DNA of 64,000 bases, taken from assembly GCA_002269645.1 (NCBI GenBank), contig NIVC01000102.1, positions 205,950 to 269,949 of the forward strand. Direction: 5' to 3'. Below the pieces are notes generated by a model. That model saw only the letters and a program-made list of their open reading frames with translations. It was not told the origin of the DNA and searched no databases. Positions within the stretch are counted from its first letter, which is position 1, and every line of letters starts with the position of its first letter. The stretch is from Macrostomum lignano. Its lineage: Eukaryota. Below, piece by piece: positions 36,142-48,331 of the stretch. The translations under genes were made by a program, and so were the position numbers.

Positions 36142-37981
36142 ATATAGGCCTACCTTTCCTGCTCAATTTAAACAAATCTGCAATATAATTTGGATGACTC
36201 AAAATTCATTTTTGATAAGTCCTGGAGCAAAGCTCACATTCAATTTTGATAATTGTGATTCAATTTAATCATATTTCATTATTTGGCTTAAGCCCTTCTA
36301 GACATTTGCTTCCTATCACTTTTGTTTCTGACCTTAAGAGAAAGAATTAGAGATTAATATATACATTCTATAAGCTAGGCCTAGGCTGGCTTTATATCCT
36401 AAAATATGTTGTCTCTTTTTTTAACAACAATGTAATTGATTGGTAGACTATAGAAATAGGATATGATCATAAATGTGATCACAAAATTATAGTTTCATGA
36501 CACTCACTTTTTTACAACTGTAACATATGGAATTTTAAACTGGGAGTGTGATTTTCTCATTGTTTTGAATTGAGATTTTTGTGGATTTAAATAAAGTATT
36601 CTGGTAGTAGGCCTATATCTAATAATAAAAGAATATGGTAAGTGCTTTTTGGTATTTAATTATTAGGCCTAGGTTATTTAAAATAAGATTAGGTTACAAA
36701 ACTAGAATTACAATTCTTTTATGTGCCTTAAAAGAAGCTACAGCTCACAAGAATCTCAACTTAAGAAAGTGCCAAGAATCCAAGATATAAAATAGAATAA
36801 TAATAAAGAGCTAATAATAATATACCAACATTCTAACTAAATATAGTGTAGATTATCTAGACATCAATATCAATACATTTAATTCAAAATGAATCAAATT
36901 AATACCAAAAATTCCACTCACTTTAGTGTTGCTTATAATAAAAGATTTTGGAAAATGTCATGCCTAAGAAGGTATACATTATAGCAGAAAATTCTAATGC
37001 TTATAAACAAATGAAAACAAAAAATATGTATAAAATGGCATATATTGCATTAACAAAAGCCCAACAAAAAAATTTAGTGCCTAAATACAGCCAAAGCTGA
37101 TCAAAAAGATTTAGCTCAGAACAGGTCACCTAAAATGTAAAATCTGCATATGCCCTGCATGAAATATGCTTTTAGACACATTTGAAAGGCATAATTGATT
37201 GATATGACAATATGATAATTGTTTCTAAGTAAATTTAACAAATAATTAAAATTCAAAAAACATTTTACTGGTAAGTTTTAGCCAATATTTTTTGATAATT
37301 TTCAGTCTGAGCTAAAATAAAACATACAGTTTTAAAGTTCAAAATACTTAAAAAGCAATTTAATCTGATTTTTAATACTACTATGCATTGTGCTCTGCTA
37401 TGCATATGCTTGTATGTCAATAAACTAATGTAGAAATTGGCGTACAAACTTGTATTTTCATACATGCATAGCACAAACTCCAAAATATGCCAAAATATAT
37501 TTCGATGCACATGTACATGCACATGTGACACCTTAAGTGTATACAAATGATTTACCCCAAAATTTCCATGTTTTTTTATGAAATAAAGGTTATGATTTTT
37601 AACAAAAGTGTACAAAGTTTACTATTGTTTTTTAATATATAAAACAGTATAGAAACAGAACAGCTATTTTTTGTTGTTTTGCTTTATTGGTAATTAATAC
37701 TTAGCAAATAATATTGGCAATAATTATCATGATCCAAACCAACAAAAATGATCTGATGAAATTTGCACAATAATTGTATTTGTCTGACCTCTATATTATT
37801 AAGTGTTTGGAATGAGGTGCAATTTTGTACCAGATGCAAATCTGGCATTGGTAAACATAGATGCACAAACAAATTTATAACTATGTCATAAATTATTATA
37901 CCCCTAAAAGCTATGAAAATTTTGCTCAAATTTCCTTTTTGTTAAAATACGGAAGACACTTTGGAAGTTTTGGGAACAAAA

Positions 37982-38164
37982 TATACATGCGCAACCACCA
38001 AAATTTGGTTGGCCATGCAACTTAGTTTTAACAAAAATGCAATAGTTTTTGGCCAAAAATGCGGCTTACATATAAAAAAACCCTAAAGCAAAATTAACAC
38101 AATTTTGGGTAAATGGCAAGAGTAACTTTGACTGTCTTATTAAGGCAAAATGCCTCATCATCTA
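37982..38164 (+). mobile_element. Second, truncated copy of the 28S-carrying hAT-type MITE
   Basis: Collinear with 4259-4444 (tatacatgcgcaac...cttagttttaacaaaaatgc...gggtaaatggcaagagtaactttgactgtcttattaaggcaaaatgcctcatcatcta); the 28S segment starts at 38107. Confidence 0.88.
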
Positions 38165-38310
38165 CAGTGTTGGGCAAGTTACTCAAAAAAGTAACTTGCG
38201 TTACTATAATTTAAGTTACCAATTTTTAAAAAGTAACTTACGTTAGCCTAGTAACTTTAGACAAAAACCTGGTAACTTTTAAGTTACTGCCCGTTACTCA
38301 CTTCTGTTAC
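38165..38310 (+). mobile_element. Left end of another MITE-like element (CAGTGTTGGG...AAGTTACT, multiple gtaac/gttac motifs) interrupting the previous copy
   Basis: Abrupt loss of homology at 38165; repeated AGTAACTT/AAGTTACT palindromic words. The right end was not established. Confidence 0.5.
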
Positions 38311-40169
38311 CTATGTTATTAACAAAATTTTCTGCTTTTTTCATATTGCACATTTTTTTCACATTGTTGTTACCGAAATTTGCCATTGGGCATTGGGATT
38401 ATCCGATTTACAGACAGAGACAGGAATTGGCGACACGATGTGAGGCAAGTAGGCCTAGAAAGACCAATGGGCAATGGCAATCAATAATTAAAATTATAAA
38501 TGATAAAATAAACAAATATCAATAATTCAATAGAGTAAAATAAATAGAACTGTATAAAATGGTGTAGTGTACTGCAGTGCCAGTGGAGGGACTTGTGGAG
38601 GCTATAGATGAATTTCTTTCTTTGGTTGTTTGTTTGAATCAAACTTGAAAATTTTTAGTAACAAAAATGAAAGGCGAAAATATTTTACCGAAATTAACAA
38701 AGTAAAACATGTTTCAAGTATTTCTTCATTAATTTAGCGCAATACCATATGATACTATTCGCTTAATTTTGAATTTAGGAATGAAAAATGCAAAAACATG
38801 TGACAACCGGCGTACTAGCTAAGCATTTCAGTTTTAAATTTAAATATTGCGATTGTTGCAAAGTAACTGTAATAGACTTACAGTTGCTCTAGAATACGAT
38901 ATAATGGAATGGCTTTTTATCTACCTGAAGGTAGTTGCTGGCACAATAGACTTGCAAACTTAGGCACAAAAAGTAGCCTAACCTGTCACTCCAAACACTA
39001 GTATTGATATTGTGGGTCACAAATGAAAGAGAAGAATTAGGGAATTAAAGACTAGAAGTTTGCATTTAAAAAATTTGGAGTCTTAGGGGTTGTGGGCTTG
39101 TGGCTCATAAATAAGTGCAAGAATTAAGGATGGGAAAACATATAACATGTCTTGAAGAAAGGCAGGGGTGCTTAAGCAGTCTTAAGCATATTTTGCTTAG
39201 ATTGGGTATTGAGGCTTTAAAAGGCTTTAAGGCTTTAATAGAGAAGTCAATAGAGCACTAAGAATCAAGTTTATAGAACATTGATTGAGGGGGGGGGTAT
39301 TGATTCCTATAAACTTAAAGGGATAGGATTGGTATTCAGTCTAGGGTGCATTTCATTGGACAAAGAAATGCATGCCTATAGGTTGAAGGCTGCTAAAGGG
39401 AATATGGCTAGATATTAAAACTATGTGCTTTCAGCAGTGATTATGTAAAATTCATGGAACAATGAAAGATGAAAATCAGTCCACATTTATAATCATTTTG
39501 ATAGTAATTTAATTAATATTTAAGAATAAATTCATTTACCATCAATTAGTGCTACTAAAAAGCAAAAGCAAACAAAGTCTCCCCTTTAAGCAATGGCTTA
39601 ACCTTAAATTTCCATTTGATGCTCTTGTTTGGCCTACCAACAACTCAAAATTGACCGCTTGGCATCTTAGAGGCCTCCCTATAAACTACAGCATTTAAGC
39701 GCTTCGCCCATAAACTCATGAGGTTTATTTTACTTAGCTAAACTGTTATAAAAAATTATTGTAGACCATTTCAGCTCTTTCGAAGTGCTTAAATGCACTC
39801 TGAATTATGTGCCATTATTGATTAATAATTGTTTTACGCCTTATCCCACTCCAGACTCAGATGACTCAAGAAATATTCGCGATATAAATCGGGCTGATAG
39901 TTCTCGAACTGCCGGGGTGAGCTGCGTTTTGTTTGAATTTGCTTTTGTAAATTGCTCTCATTAGCGTTTTTTATGGGACCACAAGAAAAAAAATTTAAAT
40001 AGTCCTACAACTTTATTAGTTTTTGTTTTATTGTAGTTAATTTCTGGACTGCATTTTAGGTTGGAACTATTGGTTAAATCCCTGTTCCTTGAAAACTACT
40101 TCAGTTCCATGCTTTAGTTGAGTTGCTAGCTGCTGAATAAGCTTATGTGTAATGTCGGGACCTGTCTGT

Positions 40170-40190
40170 TCTAGTGTCTGTCTGTCTTCC

Positions 40191-40227
<37 letters not shown>

Positions 40228-40254
40228 TTACTCACGTTTGTCTGTCTGTCTTCC

Positions 40255-40295
<41 letters not shown>

Positions 40296-40322
40296 TTACT
40301 CACGTTTGTCTGTCTGTCTTCC

Positions 40323-40366
<44 letters not shown>

Positions 40367-40454
40367 CGTCTGTCTTAGCGTCACTGTTTGTCTGTCTGTC
40401 TGTCTGTCTTTCTGTCTATCTGTCTGTCTGTCTGTCTGTCTATCTGTTTGTCGC

Positions 40455-40485
<31 letters not shown>

Positions 40486-40550
40486 TTCTGTTTGTCTGTC
40501 TGTCTGTCTTTCTGTCTGTCTGTGTCTGTCTGTCTTTCTGTCTATCTGTT

Positions 40551-40599
<49 letters not shown>

Positions 40600-40626
40600 T
40601 TACTCACGTTTGTCTGTCGGTCTTCC

Positions 40627-40659
<33 letters not shown>

Positions 40660-40686
40660 TTACTCACGTTTGTCTGTCTGTCTTCC

Positions 40687-40726
<40 letters not shown>

Positions 40727-40774
40727 CGTCTGTCTTAGCGTCACTGTTTGTCTGTCTGTCTGTCTTTCTGTCTA

Positions 40775-40805
<31 letters not shown>

Positions 40806-40814
40806 GTTTGTCGC

Positions 40815-40849
<35 letters not shown>

Positions 40850-40954
40850 TTCTGTCTGTCTGTGTCTGTCTGTCTTTCTGTCTATCTGTTTGTTTGTCTG
40901 TCTGTCTGTCTTTCTGTCTGTCTGTCTTTCTGTCTGTCTGTTTGTCTGTCTTGG

Positions 40955-40991
<37 letters not shown>

Positions 40992-41006
40992 TTCTTTCTT
41001 ATCTGC

Positions 41007-41038
<32 letters not shown>

Positions 41039-41083
41039 CTTAGCGTCACTGTTTGTCTGTCTTTCTGTCTGTCTGTCTGTCTT

Positions 41084-41126
<43 letters not shown>

Positions 41127-41141
41127 TTCTTTCTTATCTGC

Positions 41142-41173
<32 letters not shown>

Positions 41174-41238
41174 CTTAGCGTCACTGTTTGTCTGTCTTTC
41201 TGTCTGTCTGTCTGTCTTTCTGTCTATCTGTCTGTCTG
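40170..41238. repeat. Compound (CTGT)n microsatellite with internal block duplications
   Basis: Marker words actcacgtttg and ccgtctgtcttagcgtcactg recur. Confidence 0.96.
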
Positions 41239-41279
41239 TTTCCCCCACCTTATCCTCATCCTCCTCTTCATCATCTCAG

Positions 41280-43758
41280 TCTAATGGCGCAGCCGCCTCG
41301 GGCGACTCCACCGGCAGCGACAACAGCCGGGTACAGCTGGGCTTCGCCAACCTGCCCGACCAGATGCACCGCAAAGCGGTTAAGAAAGGCTTCAATTTCA
41401 CCCTGATGGTGGTTGGCGAGAGCGGACTGGGCAAGAGCACCCTTATTAACAGCCTGTTCCAGCAGGACCTGTACAAGGACCGCGAACTGGGCAGCGTCAC
41501 CGAGCGGATTAACAAAACAACCGAGATTGAGAAGCGCTACATTGAATTGGACGAGAAAGGCGTCAAACTTCGCCTGACTGTGGTTGACACGCCTGGGTTT
41601 AACGACTGCATCAACTGTCAGGAGTGCTGGAGACCGATCGAGGACTATATTGATAACACCTTTGAGCAGTACTTTAAAGATGAGTGCGGTCTCAATAGGA
41701 AGAATATCATTGACCACCGGGTGCACTGCTGCTTGTACTTTATTAGTCCGTATGGCCACGGACTGAGGCCCATTGATGTGGAGTTTATGCGAAGGCTGCA
41801 TGGCAAGGTGAGTGAGTCTGTCTGCTGGCTGGTGTCTGCTGCCTACAACCGTTGCTCTGAAATCATGTATAGTCATCTATGTCTTCTCTTTTAACTTCCC
41901 TGCTTTCTTCTCCTCTCATCTCCCTTCATCTTTCTTCCTCTGCTCTCCTCTCTCCCTTTCCTCTCCTCTCTCCCTTTCCTCTCCTCTCTCCCTTTCCTCT
42001 CCTCTCTCCCTTTCCTCTCCTCTCTCCCTTTCCTCTCCTCTCTCCCTTTCCTCTCCTCTCTCCCATTCCTCTCTCCTTCTCCCTCTTCTCTCCTCTCCTC
42101 TCCTCTCTCCCTCCACCCTCTACTCTCCCTCTCCTCTCTCCCTCTCCTCTCCTCTCCTCTCTCCCCCCTCTGTTCCCCCTCTCTCTCCTCTCCCTTCTCT
42201 TTCCATTTCTCCCCCTCTCCATTTCTACTCCTCTCTATTGAAGAATGCGGTGAGTATAGCAAAAATACATAATTGATCGTTCGGCATGCACAACCAGGTA
42301 CTGTTTGTCTGAAAAAGAAACTGACTGCCTGCTATTCAATTCGTGTTTTTTCATCAAGTGCGCAAATCTGTGCACTTGAAATTTAAAGCCAATTAAAATT
42401 AGAACACGTTTTTTTCTTTAAAAAATTAATTCCAAGTACCTTTTACGATCCTGACCGCCATTTTTTAAACATCTGAAATTTCAATGCAAACTGAATGCTT
42501 GTAGTGCGCAATTGTCCTACTTGAAATACCGATTTTTCAAAATATTTTGTTTTAACAATTACCTCTGTTCGTGCTAAGCGCTTGCTTATCTGTGCACTGA
42601 ATTGAATCTGTCATCTTCTGTAATGGTTTTACTTTCTATTTTCTCATATATTTCCCATCAGCGATCTTTTATTCCCATCTGGGATCTCGCAATCCCCTCT
42701 TAGGATATTGTATTCTCCACCTGGGATCTTGTTGTATTCCCCACCTGGGATCTTGTATTCCCCTCATGGGATCTTGTATTCCCCAGATGGGATCTTGTAT
42801 TCCCCTCATGGGATCTTGTATTCCCCTCATGGGATCTTGTATTCCCCTCATGGGATCTTGTATTCCCCTCATGGGATCTTGTATTCCTCACCTGGGATCT
42901 TGTATTCCCCACCTGGGATCTTGTATTCCTCACCTGGGATCTTGTATTCCCCACCTGGGATCTTGTATTCCCCACCTGGGATCTTGTATTCCCCACCTGG
43001 GATCTTGTATTCCCCACCTGGGATCTTGTATTCCCCACCTGGGATCTTGTATTCCCCACCTGGGATCTTGTATTCCCCACCTGGGATCTTGTATTCCCCA
43101 CCTGGGATCTTGTATTCCCCACCTGGGATCTTGTATTCCCTACCTGGGATCTTGTATTCCCCACCTGGGATCTTGTATTCCCCACCTGGGATCTTGTATT
43201 CCCCACCTGGGATCTTAGATTTTCCATTAGGGATTTTGATTTTGGAAGCATGATTTCCTATTTATCCCCATTCGGAATTACGAGTACATGTACATAGTAA
43301 TGCACGTGTCCGCACCGATTGACCCCGCCTCAGGTGAACATTGTGCCCATTATCGCCAAGTCGGACACGCTGACTTCAACCGAAGTTCGCGAACTCAAAG
43401 AACGAGTTATGGGAGACCTGGAACGGCACAAGATTCAAATCTATCGAATGCCGGAGACTGACTCGGACGATGATGAAGAGACTCGCGTTCAGGAGTCTGA
43501 GATCCGGGCCTGCATCCCGTTCGCGGCCATCGGCAGCAACTGCGTTGTCGAGTCTGGCGAAACCGGGCGTCGTGTTCGGGGCCGGCAGTACCCGTGGGGC
43601 GTTGTTGAGGTGGAGAATCCACGGCACTGCGACTTCACTAAGCTGAGGATCTTCCTGCTGGGCACTCATATGCAGGATTTGAAGGATATTACTAAGGAGG
43701 TGGGGTGTTTGTTATTTTTGTTTGTTTAGTTAGCTATCCAGTTAGTCAGTCAGTTGGT

Positions 43759-43806
<48 letters not shown>

Positions 43807-46175
43807 CAGTCAGTTAGTCAGTTAGTTAGTCAGTCAGTTAGTCAGTTAGTCAGTCAGTCAGTTAGTTAGTCAGTTAGTTAGTCAGTTAGTTAGTCAGTCA
43901 GTTAGTTAGTCAGTTAGTTAGTCAGTTAGCTAGTTAGTCAGTCAGTTAGTCAGTTAGTCAGTCAGTTAGTTAGTCAGTTAGCTAGTTAGTTAGTTAGTTA
44001 GTTAGTTAGTTGTTAGCTAGTTAGCTAGTTAGTTAGTTAGTTAGTTAGTTGTTAGCTAGTTAGTTAGTTAGTTAGTTAGTCAGTTAGTTAGTTGTTTGTT
44101 TGTCAGTATTTTATTTAGCGTGTCACTATATTGAAACACCATCAGAAGACCCCAACAATGTGCTGTTGTGTCCGCAGGTGCACTACGAAAATTACCGGGC
44201 CAAGTACATTACAGAGCGAATGACTAAGCGCAAGGGACCGCGCGAAGAGATGGAGACTAGAAAGTGAGTTTGCAAGGCTTCTCTTTTAAAGTTCTGGCTG
44301 TACTTACTAGACTCTCACGTGGAATAATTTTTTAATATCTTATTTTCCAGATCGAAGAACACCTCCGATGCTCAGTTTGAGGCGCTGGTGGACACCGAAG
44401 GCCTTCTCAAGGAGAAAGAGGACGAGGTGAGGGTGGCGGATACTGAGAAAATGAGATAATAATCATGAGATAGGAGAATGGACACTTAATATGAGACAAC
44501 AGACACGATAAGATGGGAGAATAGACACGATAAGATGGGAGAATAGACACGATAAGATGGGAGAACAGACACGATAAGATGGGAGAATAGACACGATAAG
44601 ATAGGCGAATAGACACGATAAGATGGGAGAATAGACACGATAAGATGGGAGAATAGACACGATAAGATAGGCGAATAGACACGATAAGATGGGAGAATAG
44701 ACACGATAAGATGGGAGAATAGACATGATAAGATGGGAGAATAGACACTATAAGATGGGAGAATAGACACGATAAGATGGGAGAATAGACACGATAAGAT
44801 GGGAGAATAGACACTATAAGATGGGAGAATAGACACTATAAGATGGGAGAATAGACACGATAAGATAGGCGAATAGACACGATAAGATGGGAGAATAGAC
44901 ACGATAAGATGGGAGAATAGACACTATAAGATGGGAGAATAGACACGATAAGATAGGCGAATAGACACGATAAGATAGGCGAATAGACACTATAAGATGG
45001 GAGAATAGACACGATAAGATGGGAGAATAGACATGATAAGATGGGAGAATAGACACGATAAGATGGGGGAATAGACACGATAAGATGGGAGAATAGACAC
45101 GATAAGATGGGAGAATAGACACTATAAGATGGGAGAATAGACACGATAAGATGGGAGAATAGACACGATAAGATGGGAGAATAGACACGATAAGATGGGA
45201 GAATAGACACGATGAGATGGGAGAACAGACATGATAATATGAGGGAATAGACACGATAAGATGAGAGAACAGACACGATAAGATGGGAGAATAGACACGA
45301 TAAGATGGGAGAATAGACACGATAAGATAGGAGAATAGACACGATAAGATGGGAGAATAGACACGATAAGATGGGAGAAGAGACACGACAAGATGGGAGA
45401 AGAGACACGACAAGATGGGAGAAGAGACACGACAAGATGTGAGAAGAGACACTATGAGATGAAAGAATAAACAGTATAAGATGGAAGATTATACACGATG
45501 AGATGGGAGAATGGATACAATGAAGTTGAGAGAATAGACACGATATAAGATGGGAGAACAGACATGATGAGATGAAAGAATAGACACGATGAGATGGGAG
45601 AATAGACACGATGAGTTGGGAGAATAGACACGATGAGATGGGAGAATAGACACTATGAGATGGAAGATTATACACGATGAGATGGGAGAATGGACACGAT
45701 GAGATGGGAGAATGGACACGATGAGATGGGAGAATGGACACGATGAGATGGGAGAATGGACACGATGAGATGGGAGAATGGACATGATAAGATGGGGAGA
45801 ATAGACACGATAAGATGGGAGAATAGACACCTGAGATTTGTGCTGTCATACATAAAAGACAAGAGATTAGCAAAAGATCTCCCTAAAGTCTCTAACACCG
45901 CCACAACCCGCCGCCGCTCTCAGATCCGCCGCATGCAGCAGTTGCTGCAGCATCTGCAGTCCAACAAGTCGTCTCAGGGTGGCTCAGCCGACGGCTCCGG
46001 GCCGCCAACTTCGTCAGCCGCCGCCGCTGTGACATCAGCTAACTCCGCTGGCGGCGCTGCGGCCGTCTCGACGACTGCCACATCGTCGGGCGGGCCAACA
46101 GGCAATTCGTCTGGCGGAGCAGCTGGAACGGCTGTCGGAGGTGCCGGGGCGACCAATGGACAGGAGGCAGCCTGA
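41280..46175 (+). CDS. Septin, SEPT2 group (SEPT4/SEPT5-like); exons 41280-41807, 43334-43699, 44178-44263, 44351-44426, 45924-46175; initiator not identified
   Basis: [35 protein letters not shown] (P-loop), [36 protein letters not shown], and coiled coil EKEDE|IRRMQ; all five GT-AG junctions are phase-consistent. Confidence 0.95.
41900..42235. repeat. Polypyrimidine (C/T-only) tandem tract in a septin intron
   Basis: cctctcctctctccctttcctct-type repeats. Confidence 0.93.
42672..43215. repeat. 21-bp minisatellite (tgggatcttgtattccccacc) in a septin intron
   Basis: About 25 copies. Confidence 0.95.
43730..44105. repeat. (GTTA/GTCA)n microsatellite in a septin intron
   Basis: Directly visible. 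Confidence 0.95.
44485..45832. repeat. 22-bp purine-rich minisatellite (gataagatgggagaatagacac) in the last septin intron
   Basis: About 60 copies. Confidence 0.95.
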
Positions 46176-46299
46176 GCAGGGAGAGAGGCTGTATGTTGTG
46201 TATTATCTGTAACAATCTGCCTGTCTGACTGAAGTGGACTGGGAAGCGAATTTGGTGTTTTTCATACAGCTTGATAATTATATCCCCTATACATAAAAC

Positions 46300-46835
46300 T
46301 GAATCCGAATCCTTAATCCTGGGATCTGAATCCTTAATCCTGGGATCTAGATTGTTAATCCTGGGATCTAGATTGTTAATCCTGGGATCTAGATTGTTAA
46401 TCCTGGGATCTAGATTGTTAATCCTGGGATCTAGATTGTTAATCCTGGGATCTAGATTGTTAATCCTGGGATCTAGATTGTTAATCCTGGGATCTAGATT
46501 GTTAATCCTGGGATCTAGATTGTTAATCCTGGGATCTAGATTGTTAATCCTGGGATCTAGATTGTTAATCCTGGGATCTAGATTGTTAATCCTGGGATCT
46601 AGATTGTTAATCCTGCGATCTGAATCTTTAATCCCGGGATCTGAATAGTTAATCCTGCGATCTGAATCTTTAATCCCGGGATCTGAATAGTTAATCCTGC
46701 GATCTGAATCGTTAATCCATGGGTCAGAATCGTTAATCCTGCGATCTGAATCGTTAATCCATGGGTCAGAATCGTTAATCCTGCGATCTGAATCGTTAAT
46801 CCATAGGTCAGAATCGTTAATCCTGCGATCTGAAT
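46300..46835. repeat. 21-bp minisatellite (ttaatcctgggatctagattg) downstream of the septin
   Basis: About 25 copies, grading into variants. Confidence 0.95.
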
Positions 46836-48331
46836 CTTTTATTCTTGGATCCTTTCTACTAATCTGCAGCTATATAAATAGATCCTGTATTTCCAATTCT
46901 AGGATCCTGTACTTTAATCCGTCATCTGAATCCTTTAATCTTGTTGCAATACCTGAAATATTAATTTAGGCATTCATATAAACGGCTTTAGTAACGCTAT
47001 ACTGTCCATTTAAAAGTGTTCCACCGCTGGATCATGTTAAATAGTATCGATTTTGGTTTGTTTGTTATCAATATTTTTTCTTTTATATCCTAATTATTAT
47101 TTAAATATAATTGCAATTCGGAGCGTAGATAATTTGTGCAATCCTTTATCTGTTTTCTGCTTCTGTCTTTTTCTTTACAAAGCGTATCCTTACATTTATA
47201 TGTAATTCAGCTTAGCTTTACAAATTATTTATTGATTATTTATCGATCTCAAACGGTACAGCTTTAGCGAGCGTGCATGCTACGAGTATTTTTCTTACGC
47301 GTCCATTAAACAGTTGTCGAAGCAGTTATCAATTGCTTATTCAGACCAAATTTTATTTCGCAATACAAAAATTTTAGGGAACAAACAAAACCGACTCGGC
47401 TCTAGTCATCCAATTTCCAACTGCACTACTATCAGCCTCATCAGTAGTGTAAATCGCGTTTTTTGTATTTTTCTACCACGGTTCGTTAATCGATGACGCA
47501 ATCTCCTGTTTTTTATTGTATGGATGATTTTCATCTCAGTATTCTTTGTTAAACCGCAAACCCGTTGTCATCTGCAATACAACCCAGTGCTGCTGACTTT
47601 CGTTCAACAATGTCTATCTTATCTAAAGTCCTAATAATTTATATTAGCAGTTCGCTTTGATTTGCTTGTTAATACTCCCTCTTATTTAATTTTCTACGCT
47701 TTAATTGTTAAATTTCTATTTCTTCTGATGAACAAACTCATTAAACACGTGTTAATGCAGCTTTTAATTTTTTGATTGCTTACGAGCGTAATTGCGTTGC
47801 TGATATAAAATGCAAAAAAAGAAGTAAAAAATAGCTTTTATAGTTATATAAACTGCGCATTCAAATTTAGCTGCAGTTTTGTATATTTATTGTTTGCAAG
47901 CACAATGAACTGAGTATAATTGTTGTGTGACATTTTCAAATCGATGAGTTAATTATTTACTTATCTAAAGGGTAGAGGAGAAGTATCATTTGGTAGAAAA
48001 GAGGTATCTTATCTATTGGGTAGAAAACGGGTATCTCATAGGGTAGCTATAGGCTCCGGCGCTGGCGACCCTATCCAGTGGCTTCGGCCGAATTTGGGTA
48101 TGCGGGTCTGGCTCGCCAACCTGCAGGCCGTGGTACTGCTCAACGTACCCTCTAATGCCTAAGGTGTTGACCGTGCCGATGGGCTGGAAGGCCGGGGAGT
48201 AGTCCGGTCGCAAGCGGTCCCCCTCCTGGTGTCGGGCCAGCCTTGAGGGTGCTATTGGCCTACTGCCCGGTCAGGTGGAGCGGCCGGGTGGGTACCGCGC
48301 CCCTTTGAGGGTAGCCCACCAACCTTTTATC

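Noticed and set aside
40152-41279. N-terminal LSVC-repeat part of the 580-aa septin ORF
   Set aside because: It is the (CTGT)n microsatellite upstream of the acceptor at 41279.
42700-45873. Repetitive ORFs ([23 protein letters not shown])
   Set aside because: Minisatellite translations inside septin introns.
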